Source: Schmidtea polychroa
Lineage: Eukaryota
NCBI GenBank assembly: GCA_044892525.1
Contig: CM097886.1
Span: 15,624,001 to 15,688,000, forward strand
Direction of reading: 5' to 3'
DNA: 64,000 nucleotides
The translations under genes and the position numbers were made by a program. A model generated the notes under the pieces. It was given only the letters and a program-made list of their open reading frames with translations. It was not told where the DNA came from and made no database searches. Positions within the stretch are counted from its first letter, which is position 1. Each line of letters opens with the position of its first letter. Shown piece by piece: positions 26,052-36,530 of the stretch.

Positions 26052-26451
26052 AGAAAGAAGAAGAAGATAAAATCATACAACTAAACCAGAATGAGACAAA
26101 CATTGGAGTAAGTACCTCGCAATTATTGGAGCCACCAAGGGATAGGGTGAGCCCGAAGTTGGTCGAAAATAGGAGAAAGAAGGAGAGGAGAGGGAGACCG
26201 AGAAAGAGTCAAATGAACCGGCCTCCAAGAGAACTCCTAAGGCCAGTAACTATGCAAAATGTTACTAGACAGGCATTAGCAGGAATAGCTAGCCAAATAG
26301 ATAAAAGCGTTGGAGACGCCAGTAGTAAAACAGAAACATGGAGGAAATTAAATCAGATATTGCGATTGATTAAGATATTGCGATTGAATGGCAAATCAAG
26401 AAAGATAAAGATATAAACGTTGAGAAAATCACTGAAAAGATAAAGAAAACA

Positions 26452-28791
26452 ATGGGAAAGATCCCAGGAAATACCACGGAACAAGAAATGTTCGAAGTGG
26501 CAGAACAATTCCTAAATGAAGGAATGACGAAAGGGAAAATGATAACGATTTTAGCCTTAATGTTTAAAAATGCCTTAATGATACTTAAGGTTGATCAGTC
26601 AGGAATTCAAGCAACCTTAGATAGGTTGACTAATATTATAGAAGTGAATTTCGGAACATGGATGACCGAACACAAGTTTTGGGAGATAAAAGAGACAAAA
26701 GGAAAATATGAGTTAAATGAGGAATTACTAACGGAAAACATTTCGAGTAATCCACGGGGAACAGGTGGATTTACCAGTTGGATGATGATGTTGTTAGTAA
26801 TGATGGGAATATTGAGACAGACAAATTCCTTAACGGCATATGATTGTAGTGAACCAATACTATCACGAATATACTCATTAGTAGACACAGTGGAATGCAA
26901 GGAAGCATATCCCGACAAAGTGGCTAAAAGGGAAGATGTAGAATTTTACGTTTATCAACAAACAGAATTTTACCGAACAAGGATAAGGGAATGTCGAATA
27001 CAGAGAGCGACATTTGAATACTATTGCGGATCAAATAGTTATTCAGTATATTTAGGAGCCAAACTTATTCCTGTACCTTTGATAATCCCACCAGAGGATT
27101 GTGTAAATGCTTTTCGATCAAAGACGGTCAAAATAGATGATGAAGTGACAATTACTGCTGAAGAGGGAAAGAAATTGGGTATAACTATTACCCGGGGAGG
27201 ACCAATAGCAGATGATGGTTCTTGTCAGGGTAGAAAGAAACTACGAGGTTCTAATGTAGTAAGCTATGTGGTAACAGTTGAGGATTACACAGTAGAGCTG
27301 ATCGATTACGAAGGAACTTTTGAAGTTTCTACGGGAAAAATGATGTCGCATTCAGAATGTAATGCGAAGTTTGGCTATTGTAAAACCAGTTTAGCAGTAT
27401 TGACTTATCAATCAATGAGAGATTTTTGTGATTTGGGATACTTGAAAAAGTTAGTATTTTCAAGGCTTGATGGGAAAAGTTTTACGTCTCAAGACACGAA
27501 ACAGAGTGGTTGGGGAGACAAGATGGCTCACAAAACGAAAAAAGAGGAAGTACCAGAGAAAAACACAGCGGTAGTGTTAGTCTCAAAGGATCCAACAGAT
27601 GCAATACGATTAGTCAGAAAGAAACAGACCACAAAGTGTGGAGTATTAACATTTGAAACAAATTATAAAGGAATATATTTAGCACACAAATATGTTCTAG
27701 CAGCTGAATCAGAGTGTGAATTACGGCTGTGCGACCAGAAATTTAGACACGATATCAAAGTCACAAGAAAATGTATGGCTGAATGTATCGTGGGAATGGA
27801 TATATTGAAAAAGTTAAAAGATATTGTCTTCGATTGTGCAACAGGTGAATTAGTAAAAATGAAGGGTAGAAAACGAAAAACCTACAGTGTGGATGTAGTG
27901 TTTCTAGATAGAACGGTAACCATACCACCAAGAACCGAGACAGTTTGTTTTGTAGCCACACACCAAGAGGTGAAGGGAGATGTTATTTTCGAACCTAGTG
28001 AGCAGTTCGTGAATAGATATAAAACGCCCATGGTGCAAAACTTGGCAACAGTACGGGGAGGAAGAATTCCCATTCGATTAACAAATCTAGCAAGCAAGTC
28101 ATTGAAACTGTACCCAGAAACGAGAGTGGGTAAAATAATGCAACTTGCAAATGTACCCAAAGAAAGTGAGACGATAATATCAGTCCAAGAGGATGAACGA
28201 GATCCAGATATTGAATATTATGATGCACCAAGTTGTGATAGTAAAGCATTAACTAGAAAAGAGAACATCAGAGTTAATCAGTTGTTACGTAAATATGACC
28301 AAGTTTTTGCAAAACACGAATATAATTTAGGGCAAGTTAATATCTTAGAGCATGAAATTAAATTAACAGAAAATAAACCGATAAAAATACGCCCGTATAG
28401 AATACCTCAAAGTATACAAAGGTCCGTGGATAAACAAATTAAATTAATGCAAAAATATAATATAATTAGACCAAGTAAATCTCCATATTCCTCACCTTTG
28501 GTGGTTGTAGCTAAAAGAGATGGCTCAGTTAGATTATGTAATGACTATAGGAAATTAAATGAACAGACAGTAAGTGACAATCACCCGCTACCTTTGTTAG
28601 ATTATATATATGATAAAATGAAAAATTCAAAATTGTTTACTGTGATGGATGCCCAGAAAGGGTTTTATCAAATAAAGATCAGCGAAGACTCAATTCCTAT
28701 GACAGGATTTTCTACAAGTAGTGATCATTTCGAATACTTAGTAATGCCGTTTGGATTAAAAGGAGCCCTCCAACTTTTCATAGGGCAATGA
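26452..28791 (+). CDS. Chimeric ORF: leader + signal-like segment + chuvirus-like glycoprotein ectodomain (26836-~27681) fused in frame to a protease C-half and RT N-terminus
   Basis: MMMLLVMMGILRQTNS then LTAYDC, ECRIQR..YYCG, EDC, DGSCQG, EC..GYC, FC, KCG; then IVGMDIL (protease end) and KIRPYRIP..SPYSSPLVVVAKRDGSVRLCNDYRKLN (RT). Confidence 0.85.
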   Translation: MGKIPGNTTEQEMFEVAEQFLNEGMTKGKMITILALMFKNALMILKVDQSGIQATLDRLTNIIEVNFGTWMTEHKFWEIKETKGKYELNEELLTENISSNPRGTGGFTSWMMMLLVMMGILRQTNSLTAYDCSEPILSRIYSLVDTVECKEAYPDKVAKREDVEFYVYQQTEFYRTRIRECRIQRATFEYYCGSNSYSVYLGAKLIPVPLIIPPEDCVNAFRSKTVKIDDEVTITAEEGKKLGITITRGGPIADDGSCQGRKKLRGSNVVSYVVTVEDYTVELIDYEGTFEVSTGKMMSHSECNAKFGYCKTSLAVLTYQSMRDFCDLGYLKKLVFSRLDGKSFTSQDTKQSGWGDKMAHKTKKEEVPEKNTAVVLVSKDPTDAIRLVRKKQTTKCGVLTFETNYKGIYLAHKYVLAAESECELRLCDQKFRHDIKVTRKCMAECIVGMDILKKLKDIVFDCATGELVKMKGRKRKTYSVDVVFLDRTVTIPPRTETVCFVATHQEVKGDVIFEPSEQFVNRYKTPMVQNLATVRGGRIPIRLTNLASKSLKLYPETRVGKIMQLANVPKESETIISVQEDERDPDIEYYDAPSCDSKALTRKENIRVNQLLRKYDQVFAKHEYNLGQVNILEHEIKLTENKPIKIRPYRIPQSIQRSVDKQIKLMQKYNIIRPSKSPYSSPLVVVAKRDGSVRLCNDYRKLNEQTVSDNHPLPLLDYIYDKMKNSKLFTVMDAQKGFYQIKISEDSIPMTGFSTSSDHFEYLVMPFGLKGALQLFIGQ

Positions 28792-31080
28792 ATATCATGT
28801 TGATGGATGCACATCACGCAATGGTATATATAGACGATATTATCATCTTCTCAGAAGATTTGGACAAACATTTAGAGCATCTTGAAGACATTTTCAAACG
28901 ATTAATCATGGCAAACTTAAAAGTTAAACCAAGCAAATGTAAATGGGCAGAATCGGAAGTGATTTACGTGGGGCATGTAATATCACACGATTGCGTAAGA
29001 CCAGATCCGGCTAACACGGATAAAGTAAAGAATTTCCCACAACCAGTGAATGTGAAACAAATCAAAGGATTTTTAGGGTTGACGGGATACTATCGGAAAT
29101 TTATACTAAATTTTTCAGCAATTGCTTTTCCTCTAACTACCTTAGAAAAGAAAGGTATAAAATTTTTATGGGGAGAAGACCAGCAACAGGCATTTGATAA
29201 GTTAAAAGATGCACTATGCAAACCACCAATTCTACGATTTCCAGATTTTAAAAGACAATTCATGGTGATGACCGATGCATGCACAAGAGGAATAGGTGCA
29301 GTTTTGGGACAGAAAGACGAAATTGGCGATGAATACGCAGTAGCATATGCAAGTCGTGGATTAAAACCACACGAGAAAAGTTATGCTGTAATAGAATTGG
29401 AAGCATTAGCATTAGTATTTGCAGTGGAAAAATTTAGTCATTACCTATGGGGCAGAAAGGTAATTTTCTATACGGATCATAGACCACTACAATGGTTATT
29501 GAAACACAGAGAATAAGCGTCAAAATTAGTAAGATGGGCATTGAAATTGCAGCCCTATAATATTGAAATAGTATACCGAAAAGGTAAAGCCAATGGTAAC
29601 GCTGATGCATTATCAAGAATGGAACAGGAACCGGAAGCGGAAGATATAAAAGAAGGAAGATTAAAAGGAACTATATTTATGTTGAAAAGGGAAGCAAACA
29701 CCTTGATCGACTTGGTAGAGGCACAGAAAAGTGATGACGAAATTAATATGATCAGACAAGCTATAGAAGCCAAAGCCATACCAAGCGAGTTTCAGAAATA
29801 TTGGGAGAAACATAAAGATAAATTCATATTAGAAGAAGGTTTGATCAAATATGTAGAGGCAAAAGATAACGTTATATTAGTGCCAAAGAAATATAGAGAA
29901 CCCTTATTGTTACAATACCATGATGGAGCACTGGGAGGGCATCTCTCAGCAAGACATACATTGTCTAGATTAAAAATGAAGTATTTTTGGCCAGATATGA
30001 AAGATGATGTCAAGAAATGGTGCCAAACATGCAAGATATGTGTAACCAGGAGGAACACAGGCAGGAAACCTCATGTTCCGTTAAAACCAATGCCAGTACC
30101 GTCCTCGCCGATGGAGATGACAGCTATGGACCTACTAGGACCATTTAAAGAATCAAATATGGGAAATAAATTCATAATTGTGTTCTGTGACTACTTAACC
30201 AAGTGGCAAGAAGCATTTCCAATACCGAATCATAAGGCAGATACAATCGCCAGAATTTTTGTCGAGCAAATTGTATTCAGATATGGTGTTCCAACAAAAT
30301 TACTAACTGACAGAGGAAAAGATTTCATGAGTAATTTATTAAAAAGTGTCAATGATTATTTCGGCATATTAAAACTGAACACTTCACCATATCACCCACA
30401 AACCGATGGTTTAGTGGAAAGGTTCAATGGAACCTTGGCTAACATGTTATCATCATATGTGAACTCAGGGCAGACGGATTGGGATGTACATATACCGTCC
30501 TGTTTGTTCGCATACAGAAATGCAGTTCACTCAGTCACAGGAGAAACACCATTTTACCTGATGTATTTAAGGCATAGCAAGATGCCAGTAGATCTTATAT
30601 TTTATCCTAAAGCTTCACAAAATTGTGATGAAGGAAATTACCTATTTGAGATGAGAAGAAGCCTGGGAGAAGGCAGGTTTAAACATTCGTTACAAGCAAG
30701 AGACAATGAAGGAGTATCATGATCGTAAAGCGAAAGATCATGGGTTCTTAGTAGGTAACTATGTAATGCTAGAAGGACATTACAACAAAAAGGGATTGTC
30801 TCAGAAGTTGATGAGAAATTATAAAGGCCCATATCAAATAATGAAGGTCACGGAAACAAACTTGATTTTACAGTTAGTGTCAAACAAGAAAGCGGAACCC
30901 ATTATGGTTCACGCAAACAGATGTAAAAAGATAGCTCCACCAGAAAAGGAGAAGCCAAAATCAGAAATAGACGAATTTGAAATTAATAAGAAATTGAAAA
31001 AGAAAACGTTGGAATCATACAAAAGTATCCTAAAGGGACAACCAGAGAGGTATCCTTTACGATACCGACAGATTCCGAAA
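27690..31080 (+). pseudogene. pol: Gypsy/Ty3 pol (half PR, RT, RNase H, integrase, GPY/F) with two frameshifts and one stop
   Basis: RT YIDD; RNase H TDA..GIGAVL..ELEALA..DH; integrase HHCC (HDGALGGH..CQTC), MDLLGP, TDRG, VERFN; NYKGPY. Order RT-RH-IN is Gypsy. Frameshifts near 28770 and 30680; TAA at 29514-29516. Confidence 0.95.
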
Positions 31081-32058
31081 ACTGTAACATTTTTGTCAAT
31101 AATCAGTTGTGTTATGATGATAGGACAAGCATTTGAATTGTTTGATCCAGAAGCTAGTCATCACCCGGATATAGAATACCGGAGAACGGATAGATCATTC
31201 AGATTTTATTTGACAAATCCGCAATGGCACAGATATGATTTATATCTGACAACTCCAGAAAGAGAAGTATCTTTCCATCTAAATCTATGGGATCGAGTGA
31301 AGATAATAGATGGATTATTACCAAATACCAGTTATCTCCTAGAAATTAAGACATATATGGCAGATCCAAACGTGTTCGCAAATGGAGGAGATTGCGATGA
31401 CAAAGCAGCATGGATCGTGAGAACAGCGGTATTTAAGGAAAAAGTGGAAATTACGTATCAGAACCAGACAGTTAAATTCCATCATTTATATTGGAGGAAA
31501 AGTAACACATTTTCTGAACATGATTGGAGAATAAATAATCGAATAGCGCTCCTATACATATTAGAAAATAATAAAACAGTAAAGAAGTTAGTACTCAACC
31601 AAGCTTATCAACGGAGGAGCTGGACAGTTAAACAAAATATCGAAACGATAGCCAGTATAACGTATATGGAATTCACAGAGGAAACAGGCTGGTATACGGT
31701 GTATCATGAGATGATAAAATTAACACCTCCAGCAATAAAGGAACTAGCTAACCGACGATGGGAGGCTAGATTAGTAAATATCCCGGGTTTTAGAGGAATA
31801 AATACAATGGATTGGACGAATTTTCAAAGGGTAGCGAGTGAAAAACGTTCACGTGAAAATAAAATAATTAAAAATTGTTCATGTCAGACTGAACTTAAGG
31901 GAAATTCAGGAGCTAAAATGCCAAATTGGCTAATCATAACTATTGTAGGGGGAGTAATAATTATGATATTGAGTTTAATAATAGCTACCTTGTGGATGTT
32001 TAAAATAATAATGAGGGACATAAGGTATTGGGAAAATACTTACGAGACCGAGATTTAG
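30706..32058 (+). CDS. Pol C-terminal extension: internal signal peptide, FN3-like ectodomain, single TM helix, short tail
   Basis: Same frame as the integrase GPY/F domain. Hydrophobic TVTFLSIISCVMMIGQA (31081-31131); IIDGLLPNTSYLLEI FN3 signature; TM WLIITIVGGVIIMILSLIIATLWMF. Confidence 0.8.
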   Translation: MKEYHDRKAKDHGFLVGNYVMLEGHYNKKGLSQKLMRNYKGPYQIMKVTETNLILQLVSNKKAEPIMVHANRCKKIAPPEKEKPKSEIDEFEINKKLKKKTLESYKSILKGQPERYPLRYRQIPKTVTFLSIISCVMMIGQAFELFDPEASHHPDIEYRRTDRSFRFYLTNPQWHRYDLYLTTPEREVSFHLNLWDRVKIIDGLLPNTSYLLEIKTYMADPNVFANGGDCDDKAAWIVRTAVFKEKVEITYQNQTVKFHHLYWRKSNTFSEHDWRINNRIALLYILENNKTVKKLVLNQAYQRRSWTVKQNIETIASITYMEFTEETGWYTVYHEMIKLTPPAIKELANRRWEARLVNIPGFRGINTMDWTNFQRVASEKRSRENKIIKNCSCQTELKGNSGAKMPNWLIITIVGGVIIMILSLIIATLWMFKIIMRDIRYWENTYETEI

Positions 32059-32240
32059 GGGGAAAAAGTCTCACCAACAAACTAGGCAATGTAAATATAT
32101 AGTTATCTATTTAGTAAACTTTATTTATAGTAATGTATTAAAAGTGTGGGCTCAACTGAGCAAAGATAAAATCAGACATCAGTGTATGTCGACTTTGTGT
32201 ACCCTGGGAGGGTCTATCACGAAAGTGATGAAAGCTATTA

Positions 32241-32257
32241 ATTAATTTTATTTTCAG
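32241..32257 (+). promoter_or_regulatory. Putative splice acceptor for a subgenomic mRNA of the accessory ORF
   Basis: ATTAATTTTATTTTCAG ending at 32257, 2 nt before the ATG at 32260. Confidence 0.55.
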
Positions 32258-32259
32258 CA

Positions 32260-35190
32260 ATGGATCAGAACAGAATGACAAAAGCCCCAATCAAAGCAAA
32301 CAGACGACTTCAAATGGCAAAATACAATTCCCAATGTCCAACAGATATGGAGGTATACAGTACTGTAATGTACTGTTATATTTGTATGTATTTTAGTGTT
32401 CACAATTAGGAATTGTGATTACTAAAATATAAACGGTCACCATCTGGGAAATCCAGATTTTCAAAAAAAAAACTATATCGCTATAGAAAATTGAAAATAC
32501 AAAAAAACAAAAATCAATAAAAGTTAAAAAATTAAATTACCATAGAAAGAAAGAAGCTACTAGAAACAAAACTAGAAAATTAAAAGTCCATTAAAAATTT
32601 ATTAAACCAAAGAAAGAAAGAAAGAAGATATAATAAAATATTTATTGAAAATAGCAAAGATATTACATTATCAAAGTATTCCCAAATAAACCAGAGTATC
32701 CACCAGCAATAAAAGTTAAACGAGGTTTTAAACATTTACATTGGCAAAGAACGAATAAACTAGAAAATCTGAATTATTTACATCGAGTTTTCCTCGGGAT
32801 TATCAAAATTATTATCTCAATAAAACATTATAACTGAACCGGGAAGTTTCATCTTATCCTATTGTTATTACCAAATTGTCCTCATTTTTTCGGTGAATTT
32901 ATCGAGTCCTATAATTATCCGAAACAAATACTTAATTCCATTATAATACCTTCAAAAACTATTTCAGAGCCTAATTAACCTACCTCCGGACTCAAGGTTT
33001 TTCTATTTTGTTTAGATAAAAGTTTGAGTATAATATATTATTGTTTATTATTATTTTATTTTATTTGTTGTTACTCAGCACACACCCCGATTGTCTTAAC
33101 ACATTTTTTTATCGGTGACTCTTTCGGGCTCATCAAATTTCTTAGCCATTACATACCAATTGCATATCACACACAAAAAAAAACAAATATAGTAACCATA
33201 ATACTATAATAAGTATCTTCAAGGAAGAATACGTAAACCGGTTCATAGGAACCACGGTAGAAACGAAGATGAATCATTTCACTTCGAATTATTGGTATTA
33301 TCCCAGGAGAGTGGATATCCCAAACGATTATAAATTCCCAGGTGGATCTCACAGACAAATGATGATAACGGTTGTAAGCAACCAAGGGAGAATAAAGTTA
33401 GGACATTTATGAAGAGAATATGGATCATGTCCAAGGAGAGAGAACATTTGGATCCACGCTATAAATAGGCCAATCACGGTGTTCATGGCAGGTATGGACC
33501 TACCCGTGGAATTGGATAAATATAGTACGTTGGAAATATACCATTCAGATGGACGAGAAAAGAACATTCAAGTTCAAGCAACAGCAATAAATGCAATAAT
33601 AGCGGTGGAAATATTGGAGTTTAGGAAACAACACCCTATTGTGAGTCGAAATGAGCCGACATGGATTTATAATGTCAACGAAGCCGACATACAACAGTGC
33701 AAGTCGTTCGTAAGAAAATACTTAACAAAAATCGAGGAGGATGAGGCCACAGTTTTTGTATCAGCAGGATTTGCAAAATCCAGGATGGAGTTGAAAGAAA
33801 CACTAATCCAAATTGCGATAGTGGATATGAGAGGCAACAATTTATTGAGTGCGGTAGTGACTCCCAAGGACCCAGTTAAACACTACCAGACGCACCAATA
33901 TAAACTGAAGGAACCAGAAATCAGAGGGAATTTGGATGAAGACGATTGTCACCACCTTATTAGGAAAATTTGTGACAAGAAAATTATAGTTGGAATTTTA
34001 ATGAAAGATTTAGTTTCGGTAGCCAATCTACCAGTGCAACGATTGTTAGGAATCAGAGACTTATCAGCAAATAAGTTGTTAGAATCCAGAGGAGTCCCCA
34101 AGATTCATGGTCATTATAAATTGGGATTCCTAACAAAGACGTTTTTGCGTACGGTTCCCGGAGAACCAAGGAATTTAGTTGTAACAAACGAGGTACTTGC
34201 GATCCGAGCGGTTTACCTACAAATCCGAAATGAATGGGTAGACCATATCAGTATGCCTCAGGAGGATTACATGTCAGCAACCCAGGCGGAAGCGGTTGAC
34301 TTAGAAATATTGCAGAAACGAAGACTACCCGAACAACCTTCTACATCAGAACAACCCCAGGCAAAGAAAAGGGGTAGGTCACCAGCAGATTTACCACCAC
34401 CTCCAACAGTGTCGATAGGAGAAGAAGAGTATGAAACATGCGTAAGTGAAGCTGAATTAACAAGTCCGCTCAAACCATCTACTAGTGTCGCAAAGAAATC
34501 ACAGAAAAAGTCAGAAGTTAAAAGTGCAAAGGAAACCCCAGAGGTAGGCACAGTCAAAAAGATATTAAAAAAAATGATACCTGGCAAACGAGATAAATCG
34601 AAATTGAAATTGAAAAGGTTGCCAAGCAACCAGGGGAGAAGATAGAAATACCATCCAGCAAGGATGAAGTAAACAAAGCAGAGCCCAGGAAATTATTTAC
34701 GGAACCCGATGATGACTTAATGGAAATTGAATTCCAACCTCCAATCAAGGAATTGCAAGAGAAAATTAAAATCAAATCAGAACCCGAAGTACGAAAGAAA
34801 ATGTTAAAGCTAACAAAAGAAAATGTCATAAAGAAGCCAGTATCAGTAGACGTAGATGGATTTGATCCTATGTGATATAAACGTCCTGACAGGAATTGGA
34901 AGCCTAGAGCCAAAGAATATAATGGCCAACCCATCACGAGGATGGCGATAAATAACAATCAACAATATGATGAGTATGACGTAGATGGAATACCTTATGT
35001 GATATATACAGTCATACTAACATGCGCCCTGGAGGATAAAGCCCTGGCCGTGAGTTTGAGCCAGAGGTATTGAAGAAACGGAAAGCGAAAATGATTCGCC
35101 AATATGCAATCGCAAATAGTTACAATACCACGGAGGTACATCTATACAAAGTTCCCGAACCAGATCCCGACGATCTGGATGTCTGACCGA
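32260..35190 (+). pseudogene. Accessory ORF of the Gypsy element: N-terminal unknown region, DEDD/REX4-like exonuclease fold (33749-34237), charged low-complexity tail
   Basis: Removing the solo LTR plus a duplicated TAC restores one frame from 32260 to 34645 with a single TGA (33410). IQIAIVDMRGNNLLSAVVTPKDPVKHYQT, KIIVGILMKDL, IRDLS, LAIRAVYLQIRNEW parallel REX4/ISG20. Frameshifted continuation to about 35190. Confidence 0.75.
32364..33153 (+). mobile_element. Solo LTR inserted into the accessory ORF
   Basis: TGTAATG...CATTACA inverted termini; both ends are homologous to 16636-17488. Confidence 0.9.
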
Positions 35191-35394
35191 AGGAAATTGC
35201 CAGAAGCCGTTCAATTAAGTGTAAATATGAACTTATCTATATGTGTTTTATGTGACATTTCTTGGACATTACTTTGTGATTCTGTCATTTATCATTTTGG
35301 GAATATGGGTTTATATTTTGTTTTATGATTTATGGTAATTTTGCAGTTCTTGAAAAAATAATTTTATATCTTGTTTTCGGGACGAAAATCTTTT

Positions 35395-35406
35395 AGGGGG
35401 TAAGAC
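35395..35406 (+). promoter_or_regulatory. Polypurine tract
   Basis: TTTT-AGGGGG-TAAGAC immediately before TGTTAGGG. Confidence 0.75.
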
Positions 35407-35407
35407 T

Positions 35408-36463
35408 TGTTAGGGATAGGCCCCTGGCCTTAAATTATTAATCAATTAGAAAGTACAAAGTACTTAAGATTTGGAAAAACAAAATAGAAAATGAAATCGA
35501 TCCACTAGAAAATGAAAACAGCTTAAATAGACATAGCACTTAAACATTGATCCGCTAGAGAATGGAAGCAGTTTGGTTGGACGTGGCACTTAAACATTGA
35601 TCCGCTAGAAAATAAAAACAGCTTAATTAGACATAGCACGTAAACAGAAAGAAAAGTCAAGATCAAAATGCAGCTGTGCTCAATAGACTATAAATGGAAA
35701 GCAACATTGTTGGAAAGGTGTAGTGAAATTGGCAGAGCAGAAGACACTAGAATATTTTAGAAAAGAAAAGGGACGATAAACATTGAGAAGAATTTGGACG
35801 AGAAAACTGACAAGAAAGTTGGACGGAAAAACATTGAGACAATAATTTAGAAAATTATTTGATTATCATTGAAGTTCAACAATAAGTCGAAATCAGAGAA
35901 AACGTGATTAAAGAATCACTGTGTTTGTCAAGTACCAGACGACATTTCCAGCTCAAATTTCCGATTAATTAATACGAAGAAATTTGTCTATAAATTGTGA
36001 ACGAGAATCGATTTGGAGTTACAAAAAATAAAAAAAAACAATTAATAGCCAGAGGCAAGAATATCGTGATCAAGAATTTTTGAAGAAGATTATTCTACAA
36101 TAGTGTTTATTCAAACAAGGTAAAATTATTTTGTAAAGGGATAAATTAGTATCCTGTGGAATAGTTAAAATAAAGCGAACGCAAAGTATTGTTCTATTAC
36201 TTTAGTGTTCCCTGGGAGCCTCAAAATCATTCCCTCTTGCTTGCCCAACTCTTTTAGTCATTTTGCGATCGTTGTGCTACACAGGAGCCATCGATTTCTT
36301 GCAGGCTGTGGTAAACAGTAAGGATTAATAAATCCGTTTTCTTGTATTCTCTGCACATTAATTGTAAAGCAACTTTTGTAAATTATTGAATACATTTTTG
36401 TAAAAAGAGAAAGAGTTTGTTTTGTTTTTAATTCAGTGATTTAAACTTACACGCGCAACCACA
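35408..36463 (+). mobile_element. 3' LTR of the Gypsy element; 3' end approximate
   Basis: TGT start after the PPT; 50-bp repeat x3 at 35500/35550/35600; TATAAA at about 35689; candidate CA ends near 36450-36463. Confidence 0.7.
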
Positions 36464-36530
36464 TTAAATATAATCTATTTATATTTATTTTTATTTATTT
36501 TTTTTAATTAAATAATTGGAGTCATTTGTG

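Noticed and set aside
25700-27860. The two protease pieces as halves of one gene split by a glycoprotein insertion
   Set aside because: They overlap in homologous position (KINITV..FYVT versus ECELRL..IKVT) with different sequences, so they come from different elements.
26452-31080. A functional element with env upstream of pol
   Set aside because: No gag, no protease catalytic motif, no glycoprotein TM and no 5' LTR, and pol is disabled; a rearrangement is simpler. Kept only as an alternative to test.
31840-31860. Furin site in the FN3-TM protein (EKRSR)
   Set aside because: Lacks Arg at P4; not the R-X-K/R-R consensus.
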